The position numbers and the translations under genes are program-made. This document shows, piece by piece, positions 1 through 12,719 of a DNA stretch of 49,483 bases; positions within the stretch are counted from its first letter, which is position 1; the number at the start of each line of letters is the position of its first letter. This DNA is from Chromera velia. Lineage: Eukaryota. The notes below the pieces were generated by a model. The model had not been told where the DNA came from. It saw only the letters and a program-made list of their open reading frames with translations, and did no database searches. The stretch spans positions 1-49,483 of the forward strand of contig JAHBMJ010000387.1 in the NCBI GenBank assembly GCA_018398765.1, in the 5' to 3' direction.

Positions 1-1270
1 ATCTGAAGCAATGTGCACAGGCACTCTACACAGACAGAGGAATGCACCCTTTTGCAAGAGAAAGACTAAAAGGAAGCGTAGGGCAGAGAGGAACACAGGT
101 AGTCAACGAGAGAGTGGACGGGATAGAGAGATGGCTGCTGAAGAGAACAAAAAATGAGCTAGACGAGAAGAAGAGAGAGGCGTTTGCACATAGAATAGAA
201 AGAAACATAAGAGAGAAGAGCAGTCAGGAGAAGGCAGAACTGACAGGAGTGATGATGGCTGACGTGCACAGAAAGGTCTCAAACGGAAACCGTCTCCACC
301 TTTCTTTGTTTGAAGACAGAGCAGGTAGAAAGGTTGGCTCGACAATGAAAATAGACAGAGAGAGAATAGGGAGAGCCCCTTTTTGCTATACAAGAGTGGC
401 GCCGCGATCAAAACACAGGAGGAGAGCAGTATGCAGGGTGGGGGACAGGGCTGTGGCTGCGACTCAGGGAAAAATTCCGGTAAGGGGGGGAGAGAAGGTG
501 CCGTTACAGAAAAGGACGTGCCAGTTTTGTTGAGGGTGGTTGGGAATCGAGGTGGTGGAAGATGAAATCCATCTGGTGATAGAATGTCTTGTTTTTGACA
601 GAGAGAGAACAGAAATGTTCAGAAAGATAGAAGAGAAATGGGACAGCAAGATGGAAGAAAGAGCCAGAAAGGCAGCCACAGAAAGAGAAGGGCTCAACAG
701 AGAAGAGGGAAAAAGGGACAACTCGATGCTTTTCTGTTTTCTGATGAATGAATGTCATGCCGGAGTGGATGAGTTTTTGAGATGGGCGTCATTCAGACGG
801 AGGGTGTTTGAGGAGTGTCCAGGATGGTACGGACACATAGAGGGAGACGCTCTGGCGGCCAGACATGCAGGAATCACCGGAAGGCAGCGGGCGATCAAGA
901 GACTAACAAAAGAATATGAGGAGACAATTGATAACTTAGAGACGACCGAAGGAGCGTTAGGGTGGGGAAGGAGGGAGCCGCAGAAGAAGATTGATAAAGC
1001 AAACAAAAAGAGCGAGGAAGCCCAAATCACATACCGTTTCAGATTGATTTTCAGGCCGGAAAGCCAACGCGGATCCAGAGCTGTGGCTCGAACAACGAAC
1101 AATCATGTAGCAGCGGCCAGGGCAACAGACTCTGGCAGGCCCCGAGGGTGGGGTCTGATACCTCAGCTTAGGCTGGGGAACGCCCCGCCCTGCTAGCTCT
1201 GGCGACAGATAGACATAGCGGGAAGGCCCTAGGGTGGAACATATCAATCAATCAATCAAAATCAATCAAT
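1..1270 (+). mobile_element. 3' end of a degenerate non-LTR retrotransposon (LINE, RTE/RTEX-like), with a C-terminal CCHC zinc knuckle and an (ATCA)n tail
   Basis: ORFs 42-533 and 540-1196 share one frame and are split by TGA at 531-533. Joined they read KRTCQFC*GWLGIEVVEDEIHLVIEC (C-x2-C-x13-H-x4-C), typical of a LINE ORF2 C-terminus. A tandem ATCA tail lies at 1243-1270. Confidence 0.75.
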
Positions 1271-4200
1271 ATTCTCTCGCCAATTCAGTTTGTTGAAACC
1301 TATTAATCAATCCATGAATCAATCCTAATCTTATAATCCTAATGTTAATCAATCATCAAGCTCATTATGAAGGTATCACACACGCAGTAAATAACTAAAA
1401 AGGAAAATAAATTTTAAACTTTGATAAAATTCAATGTAGTATGTGAGGTTTTTGTGGGTCTTTAAAAATGTATTTGATTACTAAAACCTAAACTAAAACT
1501 TTGGCATTAATTTGTTAGAATTTCATCATCATCATTATTATTCTTTAGATTATTCTGTGTGTTCTTTATCATGGCTTTATAACTGGGACCGTGTGGGACG
1601 ACTGAACGCTTTCGTCGCTTTGCAAGACGATCGAGCTGCGCACTTCATTTTCTTTCTATATTGGTAATTCAAATCTCTTTTCGAATCTCTCTGTAAGCTC
1701 ATCAGCAGCAGAAAGCGACACTCGCATCACGTGCCGTCCGATATGGAGATGTCTGTCATAGTACCTAAGTCCCAAACTTGTCTGGTTATCATTCCTGCGC
1801 AGTCACTCACTCGCTCACTCACTCACTCACCGACGTATTTTCATTTTTCTATATACTTAAATCGACACCGGCGTATGAAAAGCTCGTTACTGTCTTCCTT
1901 TTGTTTTTCTCTTAGTATCTCCGCAACTACTGCAAGAGACACACTCTCGATCTGTGCGAGTCAGCTGATCGAACGGGAGGGTCGTCGACAGACAGGACAG
2001 AAAAAAATCATTCAAATGGCAGTGTTGTCAGTGTGCCTGTCTATTTATGGCCGATTTCCAGGGTACAAAAAACGCACCAAGTAGATCCGACTGAAGTCGC
2101 GCGAAGCAGCAACAGACGGTCCACTTCATTGAACAGTGGAGACCCTTTCCACCAGCACTTCGCTTTGGCACCCTTTCCTTCCTTCGAGTGAGCTTGTTTG
2201 ATGCAGTTCGAGTCTTTCACTCACTGCTTTCCTTTCCTTTTCTGCACCGCTTCTGTTCTTTTCACCGTCATGGATAGGCGAGTGTTGCCTTTTCCCTTCA
2301 TCGGGGGCTGGATCAAAACATGGTCTGTGCTTCTTTCCTTCATTTCTCTCCGCAAACAGACACAGAGACGGCAGAGATGCACAGCCAAGGGAAAAGCTCT
2401 CTCTCTGCGTTTGCTGCAGACATCATCGCTTTTCCTGTCGATATTGATTTCATTTCTTCATGCAAAAGCCTTGGATGCTTCTGCACAACGGGTTGGGGGG
2501 GAAATTACGAAAATTCCGTTGTCCATCCACACGCCATGGAACTCCATTTCATTTTCTGTGTACGTACGCCGGCCCTCTCTCTCCCTGCACATCCGCGACT
2601 GATAGCATGAACTGGGTGAGTGAGTGAGTTGAGTGAGTGGAATCATTCATCCATCGTTTGATCGTTTGTGTGTCTGTCTTTGTTTAGTCACGGAGAATTC
2701 ACAGCTTGAAAAAGCTATTGGGAGCACTGGCCTTGCATAACGAGAAAGAGAAAACATCTTTTGAGGGCGTCGGAAAACTCCGATTCTTTTCGTCGGCTCT
2801 CTCAAATAGACATTCATTCTCTTCAGTCATTCTGTCTGTCTATTTGCTCTTGCTTCTGAAGGAACTCCTCGTGCATCGATCGACTGAGCGGGATGGATTC
2901 TGCACTCGGTTCCCATCTCCATTAAGAGCACCCCCCTGAGTGAATAATAAATCCCCCTTCCCTTCTTTTCCCCCCTGTGGTGAAGACGAAGTAAGATCAA
3001 GAAGAAAAAAGATTGATCAAGGATGGATGGACGGTTTCGTTTCCTTTTTGTCTGCTGCTCTCCGGTCGAGTTGGCTGCTTGGTTGGTCGGAAGAGTGACT
3101 GCGTGGTCGTGTTCCCTTTCTCTTTCCTTTCCTTTCCTTTTCATTCATTCATTTATTCCGATTGTTCATCACGTCATGGCACTCCATTCTTTCATCACCG
3201 TCAAATCTTAAGGTGTGGCATGACAGGCGCGCTCTCAACGTCCTGCTGCTGCGTCGATCTTTGCTTCCTTTCGTTTCCGTTCCTTCTGGGCAAACCGAAA
3301 AAGAAAAGCGGAAAAACTGACAGGTTGATGAAAACGACAAAAACAGAAAGTCAAAACACGCCGACCTTCAAACCAAACTGCATGCAAAAAAAGAAGAGAG
3401 TGAGGAGACAACATGGATGGAAAGGAGCGGTACCTGATCACTTCAATTGGCAGTAGCAAAAGGAAAGAAAGAAACAGTCGAACGGAAACAACTAGGAAAA
3501 GACCTTCTCTCGATAGGGGGGGGGGACAACGAAGGAGGAACAGCATTTCTTTCCTCCCTTGCGTTTCTTTCTGCTGAGCAGACACGCGCTTGCGTGAGAA
3601 AGAAAGAGAGAAAGACAAAAAGAAAGAAAGAGGTAACTTTGACAGAAAAAGACAGGCAGAAAGAGACAGGACCCGCACAGAAGAGCCCGAACACGTCAAC
3701 GAACAAAGCAGAACGAAGGAAAGAAGGGTGGAACCCTAGTCCCTTCAATTCCTTCTGCTGTCGATCTTTTGTTCATGCCCTTTGCTCCCCATGCTCTTTC
3801 GATCTGAACCTCAAACCGAGGACAGACAGAAAGATAGACAGAAAAGAAGAGAGAACCGAGGTAGATGAAAAGAGAGAAGAGAAAGACGGGCAGCAGAGAG
3901 AGGTTGAGTGACTGACCAAGCAAGCAAGGAACGAGTCTCACGAATTTCCATCTGTCTTTCATCATGTCCTTCTCTCTCAACGATCGATCAATTAACAATC
4001 CTTTTCTTCTCTTCTCGTGTACTTTCTTGCATGGAAACTTCTTTCAAGACCTTCCGCTTTTTTCTTCTGCGACGGCCGGCCGGCTGTTTTCTCTTCCTCG
4101 CCTCCTTCCTTCTGTCCTGAGTGAAGAATAAGGATGCAGGAGATTGAGACCCATTGCGTCTGGCCCGTCGCCCGCGATGGGTCTAATCTCCTCTATCGTC

Positions 4201-4616
4201 ATTTTTTACTCTAAGACAGCCGACGGACAAGATAAGGCGCAAGCGCAAGCAGAAGCCGAAACGCGCAAAGGAATGAAACCCAGCAAGTTGTATCAATCCT
4301 CATCTTGCGTGCGTCAGCCGGCCGGCCTTGTGCGGAAGTCTAGTGAAGTGAAGCTGCCGTTTTCTTTTTTTCGTCTACTATGCCAAAACCATCACGAAAA
4401 TGTTGCATGACGCACAAACACAGACGGACAAAAAGGGGGAACAGAACACCGACCGAACGACCAGAAAGACAATTGAAGGAGGTTGAAGCGAGGGGTTCGA
4501 GTGAGAGAGGAAGAAATGAAGGCAAACAATGACACACAGAAACAAGAAAGGGAGGATCGACCAGACAAGGAGCAACAGTCTACTCAGACCTTCAAGCCGA
4601 ACGCAACGTACAGCTT

Positions 4617-6409
4617 TCAGTCATAGTAACCTGCCCCGCCCCCTCGGCCTCTACCTCTCGGCCCCCCACGTCCCCTTCCACGTCCGCGGGGGGGTCCCCC
4701 GTATCCGTTGTCATAGTATCCGCCTCTGTAGGGTGCAGGGCCTCCGCGCCCGCCCCTGTACCCCCCTCTCCCACCGCCATACCCCCCATAACCTCCATAC
4801 CCCCCCCCATAGTAGTCGTCATCGTAGTATCCCCCACCGCCGCCACCTCCGCGGGGCCCTCCACGGCCGCGCCCACGCCCACGGGGGGGGTAGCCACCTT
4901 CACCGCCACGACCGCGATACCCCCCTCTGTACCCACCCCCACGTCCGCTATACCCGCCGCCATTGTATTCCTCCTGATACCCACCCTCACCGCCGCCGCC
5001 ACCACCACCTCTGCCCCGTCCACGGGGGCCGCCGCGTCCCCTTCCCCTTCCTCTTCCTCTCCCCCCTCTTCCCCTCATTGTGTCCTCTGGAGAGTAGTCC
5101 TTGACGAGACTCTGGTCAATGGGGCTCTGGTAGCCTGGGTCCTCCTTGTCCAGTTCGCCCGCCGCCCCCTCCTTTGCGAGAGTGATCTCCATAAATGCAA
5201 CGATACGGGAGTGAGTGACTTTGTCGAGACCCTCCTCGAGAGGTTCGTATTCGTCGGTGATCTCCGTGCTTCCGCACTTGGTCAGCTGCGGAAAGAGAAA
5301 AGAAACGAAAGGAGGAAGGGGGGAAATCACAAACGTTGCCCATTTATTGATAGTGGGAGAAAGAGAAAAGGTAGGGGGAACAAGGGGGGCCCACGGGTAT
5401 GGGTGGATCGGCGTTTTTTATCGATCTTCCCCCCCCCCCCCCCCCCCCCNNNNNNNNNNNNNNNNNNNNNNNNNNNNNNNNNNNNNNNNNNNNNNNNNNN
5501 NNNNNNNNNNNNNNNNNNNNNNNNNNNNNNNNNNNNNNNNNNNNNNNNNNNNNNNNNNNNNNNNNNNNNNNNNNNNNNNNNNNNNNNNNNNNNNNNNNNN
5601 NNNNNNNNNNNNNNNNNNNNNNNNNNNNNNNNNNNNNNNNNNNNNNNNNNNNNNNNNNNNNNNNNNNNNNNNNNNNNNNNNNNNNNNNNNNNNNNNNNNN
5701 NNNNNNNNNNNNNNNNNNNNNNNNNNNNNNNNNNNNNNNNNNNNNNNNNNNNNNNNNNNNNNNNNNNNNNNNNNNNNNNNNNNNNNNNNNNNNCCCCCCC
5801 CCACACATGTGTCCCTGTTTCGGCTTTCCTGCTGCCCTCTCATTCGATCCGCAATCACCCTGGATGTCGGTTTCTTTCCCCTCCTTCTCTCCACTTACAG
5901 TTCTCTGGGTCTCGCTTCCTGTTCGAGAAAGCTGCTCCTCTTTTCTCCCCCCATCCCCCGTAAAATCTGCATCATTTGCCATCGGGGACCAGTTTTCCAT
6001 TTCTTACTAAGCCTCGGCACCCATTGGTTCTGTCTCCTTGGCCTAGCGTCTCTTCTGAGCATTCGCCTCGCTGTCCACTTACCTGATGAAGATTGGGGAA
6101 TCTCCTCTTCAGAACTTCCGCAAGGGAAACCGCTCTCACAATGGCGTTTCCTGCACACACCAAATCATTCAAACAAGGAAAGAAGGACAGGTTTTCCGAC
6201 ACCCCACTCGAAGAGAGACGTGGCCGGACAAGACATGTGACAGTTTTTGACCGACCTGTCGCTTTGATCATCAGCTTCTCGCGGTTCTGCTCTGTGAAGA
6301 GGCGTGCGGCGTATGTGACATAACTTTGCACCCTGCCCACTGAGGTGATTCTGATTTCGCCCTCAACGGTGGGCTCCTTGGGCCTGGGAACTCTCTTATA
6401 CTTCTCCAT
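4617..6409 (-). CDS. ALBA1: Alba-domain nucleic-acid-binding protein with a long RGG/GY tail (Alba1/Rpp25-like), 296 aa; exons 6409-6256, 6150-6083, 5285-4617
   Basis: The spliced translation MEKYKRVPRPKE...EIRITSVGRVQSYVTYAARLF...IKATGNAIVRAVSLAEVLKRRFPNLHQLTKCGSTEITDEYEPLEEGLD...PGYQSP followed by RGG repeats fits the Alba family. GT-AG phases are consistent and the total is 891 nt. Confidence 0.93.
5450..5793. other. Assembly gap (N run) flanked by poly-C, inside Alba intron 2
   Basis: N run. The Alba exons join without an obvious missing segment (HQ|LTKCGS). Confidence 0.97.
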
Positions 6410-6659
6410 TTTGGACAGCCGAATGAAGTCTTTTTGGAGTTCTTTTTTATTCAAGCAAGCTTTTGCTTCACGCTTCCGATAGCGTCTGACGTCTCTCTTC
6501 GTCTCCTTTCCGCCAATACGGTTGTTGATAGGAGCAGCGTTTGACAGAAAAGCCGCGGACTTCGATTTCAGGGAGTTGGAGAGAGAAAACAAGAAAACCG
6601 ATCGGAGAAGCGTTTTCTTTGTCTGGCGTGAACTTTTTTTGAGGCGTCTCCCAGCTAGT

Positions 6660-6800
6660 GTGTGCATGCGATTGCATGCATGGGTCCTGCTGGGCCCATG
6701 CATTTTTCATAATGCATGGGCATGCCGGGGCAATGGGCATGCCAGGGGTACGATGGGGTACGTGATGGTACGTGGCAATAATGCGGCCACTTTTAATTAA
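6660..6800. promoter_or_regulatory. Divergent-promoter region between Alba and the PH gene, with a (T)GCATGC(A) cluster and TTAATTAA
   Basis: TGCATGCA at 6673-6680, several GCATG/CATGC in 6662-6745, and TTAATTAA at 6793-6800. TGCATGCA is a known over-represented apicomplexan, ApiAP2-associated motif. Confidence 0.5.
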
Positions 6801-7378
6801 ATGTAGCGGCCCTCGGTCGGACCCGCGGCCCGCAACGTGACGGCTCTCCGCTCTCCCTGCACACGTCACACCGATACAGCCGTTCCCTGCATTTTTTCAG
6901 CCGTTCAGACCGTTGCAAAGATCGCTCTCGATCATTCTCTGCCGAAAAGGAACAAGAATCGATATCAGGTCTTTCTGGACACGCAATTCGCTGTGTTGTA
7001 TTCCACAGACCACAGAAAGGAAACAACCGAAGCAGGTCGAAGGATGCAAGCGTCCAATGTTTTACGGCAAGCAATGTATGTATGTGTAGAATACCAACAG
7101 AGCCTTTTTACCAACAGAGCCTGGTTCTTGGCCCTCTTTTTGAATGTGTATCTCTAGCTGTGTATCCATCCTTCCTCCCTCCTCTGTAACCTACTTCCGT
7201 GAATCCATGGGCGTCTCGTTGTCCTTTGTGTGCGTTTATCACGGAAACCACGTCTGTTTCCAAGGAGAAGAAGGAAATACGCTGTAAAATACGCTTAAGA
7301 AGCGAAGCAAAAGACGCCGTGATCGTCAGGCACAGTCAACCCGTCTAGCTGTCCGAGAAGAAGAACTGGAGAGGAGGA

Positions 7379-8564
7379 ATGGCCTCCTCCATGTCTTTTC
7401 CTTGTGACCTCAGATTGCAGATGGAGGCTGCACACAGGTTGCAGAGGGCTTTCCAAGAAGTAGAATCCATATTTCCGTCAGTCATTTTCTCATTCTGCCG
7501 TCGTTTTCTTCACCAGAGTGCTTGCTTTCCTCTGTCGATCTCCTTGAAAAAGGGGTTTTGACAAACGTGTCTGAGCGAGTGCTTTGCCTCATCACCCAGT
7601 CCTTTCGCCTCCCTTCTTCTCGAATCCTTGTTACCATGTGGGAAGCGTTGAGACCGTATTCCCTTCTCCTGTTGCAACTTTATCTAGCTCTTCATACCGT
7701 CAAAGTAATGGTTGAACTGTTTCTGATTGACTCTCTTGTTGTCTCTGTCTTTCTGTTGCCTGTGCAGGGGCTGGATTGACATCAGTTTTGCTGAAATCTT
7801 TGCTGAAGGTCGGTGTGTAGCTTCGACCGGGGCTCTCTCTCTTTTGCTCGTTTTCATTTTGCCTTTCGCCTTTTGATGTCCGTCTCCCTCGTTTTTCGTT
7901 TTGCCCTTCGACTTCTTCCTGTCCGTTCGATCCCTCACTTTGCCAGACAATGTCCATACCCTGGGCCCCCACGGTAAAGGAGCAGGTCCCCGTCTCCCAA
8001 TCCTGCCTCGCTCCCTGCGCTTTGCGCCTCTTCTTGCGTATCCCCATTTCGTCTCTGAATGTTTTGTCTCGAGGCCCCCCTTTTGACTTTCCTGTCACAC
8101 CAACGCCATTGAATGTCGCCCTGCTGGCCTGCATCGTCTCTTCCTCTGCCTCTTCTTTCTTCCGCTCCCCCGCCGTCTCTGCAGGAAAGCATATCACGGT
8201 AGTGCAGACCGGCGTGTGGCTCGAGAAGCAGAGCCGATACCTGAAGAGATGGAGGAAGCGGTGGGTGACCGTCGAGCAAAAGCAGGACCACGAACTCGGG
8301 AGTCACGGGGGGCAGGACGTGGCGATCGATGGCCTCTCACTGCCTTCCTCCTCCCCCTCACGGACGTCCATCTGCCCCTCCGGAGACGCCTCTTCTGGGA
8401 CTTCGGGGGGTGGAGGTCTGGTGGTGCAGACGTTCACCACAGAGCACGGGGACAAAGCGACAGAGACCTTCCGAGTCGCCCTGGGTGAGTGAGTGAGTGG
8501 GTGCGTGAGGGCGTTAGCCGATCGATCTGACGCACGCATACACACGCGCGCGCGCGCGCGCACA

Positions 8565-8600
<36 letters not shown>

Positions 8601-9003
8601 AACAGAGAGGGGGGGATGTTGTAAAGGTGCAATTTCGGAATGTTGGAAAGGTCTCCAGCAGAGAATCATCCAAGCACTGCATATAAAACGAAAGTAGACG
8701 AAGGAATCGTGAAACAGTGGGACAGTGACAAGTTGCATGCGTTCTTCATCTTCCTTGCTTCTTTCCTTTCTTGCTTTCGTTCAATGATTCCTTCCTGATG
8801 CACCATAATCCATTCTTCAGTCTCACTTGCTTCTCCTCTATGCTTTTCGTCCTTTCTTTTTGCTTCTGTGCTCTTCAGGAGAGCGAGTGGAACTCTCCGA
8901 GGGTCCTCGGGGGGTCTTTCACCTTAAGGTCCGCGCTCTCTCTCTCTCTCTCTCTCCCCCCTCCCCCCCCCTCTCTCTGTGTTTCTCTCTCTCTTTGCTT
9001 TTC

Positions 9004-9043
<40 letters not shown>

Positions 9044-9044
9044 T

Positions 9045-9087
<43 letters not shown>

Positions 9088-12000
9088 GTTTCTTTCTTTC
9101 TGTTTCTTTCTTTCTTTCTTTTCTTTCTTTCTTCCTTCCTTCCTTCCCTCCTTCCTTCCTTCCTTTTTTTTTTTCCTTTCTTTCTTTCTTTCTTTCTTTC
9201 TTTCTGTCTTTCTTTCTTTCTTTCTTTCTTTTTTTCTTTCTTTCTTTCTGTCTGTTGGCTTCGTGGTCGGTCGGTTGGTTGGCTGAGGGGCGGCTGCAGT
9301 TTCTGTTGGGTTCTGTGTCTATGGCAAGCTGTCGGCTTTCTCGAAGGAATCGATTCCTTCAGCAATTGATTGCATTTTGGCATCTGCGGGCCGAGTGGAA
9401 TCTTCCCGCCGTCTCATTTGGTGAAATAGTCCTTCTGAGTTAGTCCGTCCGTCTGTTTGTCTCATTTGTCAGGTGCCTCCCCGCCTCTGCAGATACCGGC
9501 ACTTCCCCGAGAGCTCCACGTGCGGACAGAAAGTCTTCTCTGCTTCGAGAGACTTTGGTCAGTCTGTTTGCAGGGGAGTGAGTCACTCAGGGAGTGGTTG
9601 AGTTAGTGAGTGAATGAGTGAGGAACTGAGCGAGTGAGGTGATACGCAGGTTGCGCATGTCCCTGTAAGTCTGCGTCTTCGTCTCTGTCTGACTGTTCTT
9701 TCGGGTCGCTCTTTAAGCCACCTCTTTTTCGGAAACTCGGAAACAACTCGTGCAAATACCGCACAAATACACTGAGACTCTCACATGAACAAACCACTAG
9801 ATTCTCGCAAGCTGAACAAACATCTATTGTTTCCCTCGATTTTTCCATTGTCGACGTTCCCTCTCCAACCCTGGGTGGGCACTGGCAATGGAAAGATATA
9901 TGTACGAATGTATGTATATATGTATGGGTGAATGCAGTTCCCAGCTGAGCTCCCTGAGCACGATCAAGTGCGGGTGCTGTGAGGGGCACACTCCGATTCC
10001 CTTCCGACTGAAACCACCGTCCCGCCCTTTTTTCGCTTTCCTGGCCCAACTGCCTCCAATCTCCCGACTCTTCAATTCCCCCCCTCCCCCCAGATATCCT
10101 CTTCCGCTTCCTGCTCGTCTTGCGGGTAGAGCGATCAGTGCAGGGATTCTGTCCCCATCCGGATCCTCTTCCCCCTCTTTCCTTCCGTCCTTCACGACCT
10201 CCAGGTCTCCCCGAGGCGTCTGCCCTCAGAAGGAGAGGGAAACGGAGTGCATCACAGCCTCAGCCTCGGGGGGTCTCCGTTTGCCCACCCAGCAGTCCGC
10301 TTACCATCTCTCCATCCCCCTTCCGTTGCAGGACTCACAGGCCGCCATACTGGTCGCACAGGACCCCGATCCCCTAAGCCCTGTGTTGAGTGGAGGCAAT
10401 CCCTGGACTCTCTCTCTCCCCCCCCCCGACTCAGCACTGAGCAGTTCAAGAACCTCGATCACTGCTCCGCCGCCGTCGGCATGCAGCTGCATGTTCTGCT
10501 GTGGGGGGGTGGAGAATCCAGCAGTAGCTGCGCTTCCTATGCAGTTTCAGGAAGCAGTCCGTCTCCTCCTCTGCCCTGCTCCGAAATCGCCGGCAGGCAT
10601 GCCAGAGGTTTTCTCCCGATCTAACAACTGGCCTTCGTCTTTCTGTTCTTCTTTTTCGAGCGACACGCCCCGAAGGAGAATGCGAGACGGATTGGGTCGG
10701 AATCGGAAAAGGAATTGGGGGGGGGGTGGCGGAGTGTGTGTGTGCGGAAGTCGATGCTGGAGAGACAAATGCGGGGGGGTCGACGGAACGCTCGCATGCG
10801 ACCCGACAGGGTTGGGGCGTTTCACCCGACACAGTAGGAGGCCCTCGCACCCCCACGCAGGCGGGTGTATCCCTTCCCCCTCTGCACTGACAAGCGTGGG
10901 ACCGCACAGCAGCAGCAGCAGTAGCAGCAGTGCACGCAGCGGCTGCAGTAGGTACACCTCCTCCGTGGGTGAGTGTGGACCTCTACTCAAGGGGTCTGGA
11001 GGGGTGCAAAGTCTTACCCTTCCTCAGGGATCTGCCCCACTCTCTCCTCCTCACTCCCCCTCCTCCACGGCATGCGGGACTGCGGGGGGGGCCTCTCCAG
11101 CTTCGTCCTTCTCCCTACCCGCCTCCCGTCTCCGTGCGAGTAACCTTACTCAGAGCGGGGGCAGGACCCAAGCGCTGTCGATGACATCTCCTATCCCCCC
11201 AGCACTCCCCTATGCCTGTGGGAGAGGTGCCGGGGCCCTTCCGTTGTTCGGAACCTTCCGGGGTCTTGGACCCGTGGGTGGAAACAATTCGTCGTCAACG
11301 GAGAGCGGCAGAGGTGGCGGCAAAGTGCACGTCCCTCCTTCTCTGCTCCCTGGAGCGTCTGCTCAGACGACGATGAATGCCCCCCAAGCAGTGGGTGCAT
11401 GGGGCGATGGGGGGATGCTGGTGCAACAGCAACATGCAGCAGGAAGAAACGAGGGGGGGAATGGGTGCACTCCACATGAGACAATGATGTACCACCACCC
11501 TGGTGTGTCTGTGTCTTCAGGTTGGATCTCCCAAGAAGCAGCAGCCACAGCGGGAACGGGGTCGGGATCAGGATCAGGTGGGGAGTCCGGTCGGAGAGGG
11601 GTACACTCCCCTCTTCTTCCACCATCTTCCTTTCCCCTTCCCCCCGCCCCCCCGGTAGGATATCTCAGTCAACGCTCGTCTGGCCGCAGACTGGGCGCAG
11701 GGCGACGGCGCGGTCGCCCCGTCCACCTTCACCCCCCCTCCTGCTGGACGTCTCTGACGTCATTGCTTGAAGAAAGAGAAAACGAGAATGATAACACGAA
11801 CTCAGAGGGGGGTAGGGATACCGACGGTGACTGTACAGAGGGGGGTCAGAGGGAAAGAAGGAGAAGGGGTGTCCCTTCTATCACAGAAGAAGAAGACGAA
11901 GATGACAGAAAGAAGGCAGATGGAGAGGGACAGGAAGACATTCCACCCGTCCCTCCTTTGTCTTCCCGAAGCTCTGGTGACTGGGGTTCTGTTCTCCGTC

Positions 12001-12719
12001 AGCCCTCCGACTCCCCGAACGATTCGCCGGTGATGTCCGTCTCCTCAGCCTCAGCCTCCCAAAGAACCCAAACCTCTTTCCGGGGCCACACGCACTCTCT
12101 GACCCCCATTCCGAATGACCCCTCCGACCAATCCTGCTTCCAAGCATCCTCTCAGTGGTCCCCCTCTTCTCTTGAAGGGTCCTTCCATCTCTCCTCGGAG
12201 AGGGGGGAAGGAGAGGAAGAGGATGAGGAGGGGGAGGTGGACATGGGACGGCGGCCCATCTTCGGAGGTGGATACACGCTAGACGACCGAGACGGAGTGT
12301 GTGACCCGTCACTCCCCCCCCCTGTGCATGTGTGCAGACAAAAGACGTATACCCTATCTGCACCCGATCCCCTTTCTCTTTCCTCGGCACTCTGCCTAAG
12401 AAGAGACACGAGTCAAAGCTCTGAGTGCCCCGGCGGAAATGAGAAGTTTGTGATAGACGGTCTTCCCAGCACACCGGCCACTCCCATATACGCTGGAGAG
12501 GTCGAGGGGGATGTCGCTGTGGCGCCTCTTTCCCTCTGGGAAGTGGATGAGGATCGGGACGGTTCCTCTGAGTCCGAAGGTGAAGAGGACACTGTCAGAG
12601 AGGTCCTTGAGAGCGGTGAGGGGAATGCAGGGATGGGAGACGGGCACGATCGGATGGGGGGCCTCCGCCTCTGTGGAGCTGAGAGTGACAGCGAGGAAAG
12701 CTCGCCAGACAGTTTTTGA
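7379..12719 (+). CDS. PH-domain protein with a very long Ser/Pro/Gly/acidic disordered C-terminus; exons 7379-7476, 7768-7808, 7947-7973, 8185-8484, 8879-8928, 9493-9557, 9938-12719
   Basis: A phase-consistent GT-AG chain gives GVWLEKQSRYLKRWRKRWVTV (PH beta1-beta2 signature)...FHLKIPALPRELHVRTES, joined to the 943-aa ORF. The last two junctions are less certain. Confidence 0.7.
8935..9250. repeat. Compound CT/TTTC/TTCC microsatellite (intronic)
   Basis: Seen directly in the sequence. Confidence 0.95.

Noticed and set aside
531..533. TGA readthrough or an alternative genetic code
   Set aside because: Host genes here end normally at TGA and TAA with no internal stops, so a pseudogenising mutation is the simpler explanation.
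5211..6240. ORFs containing X runs
   Set aside because: They are artefacts of the N gap.
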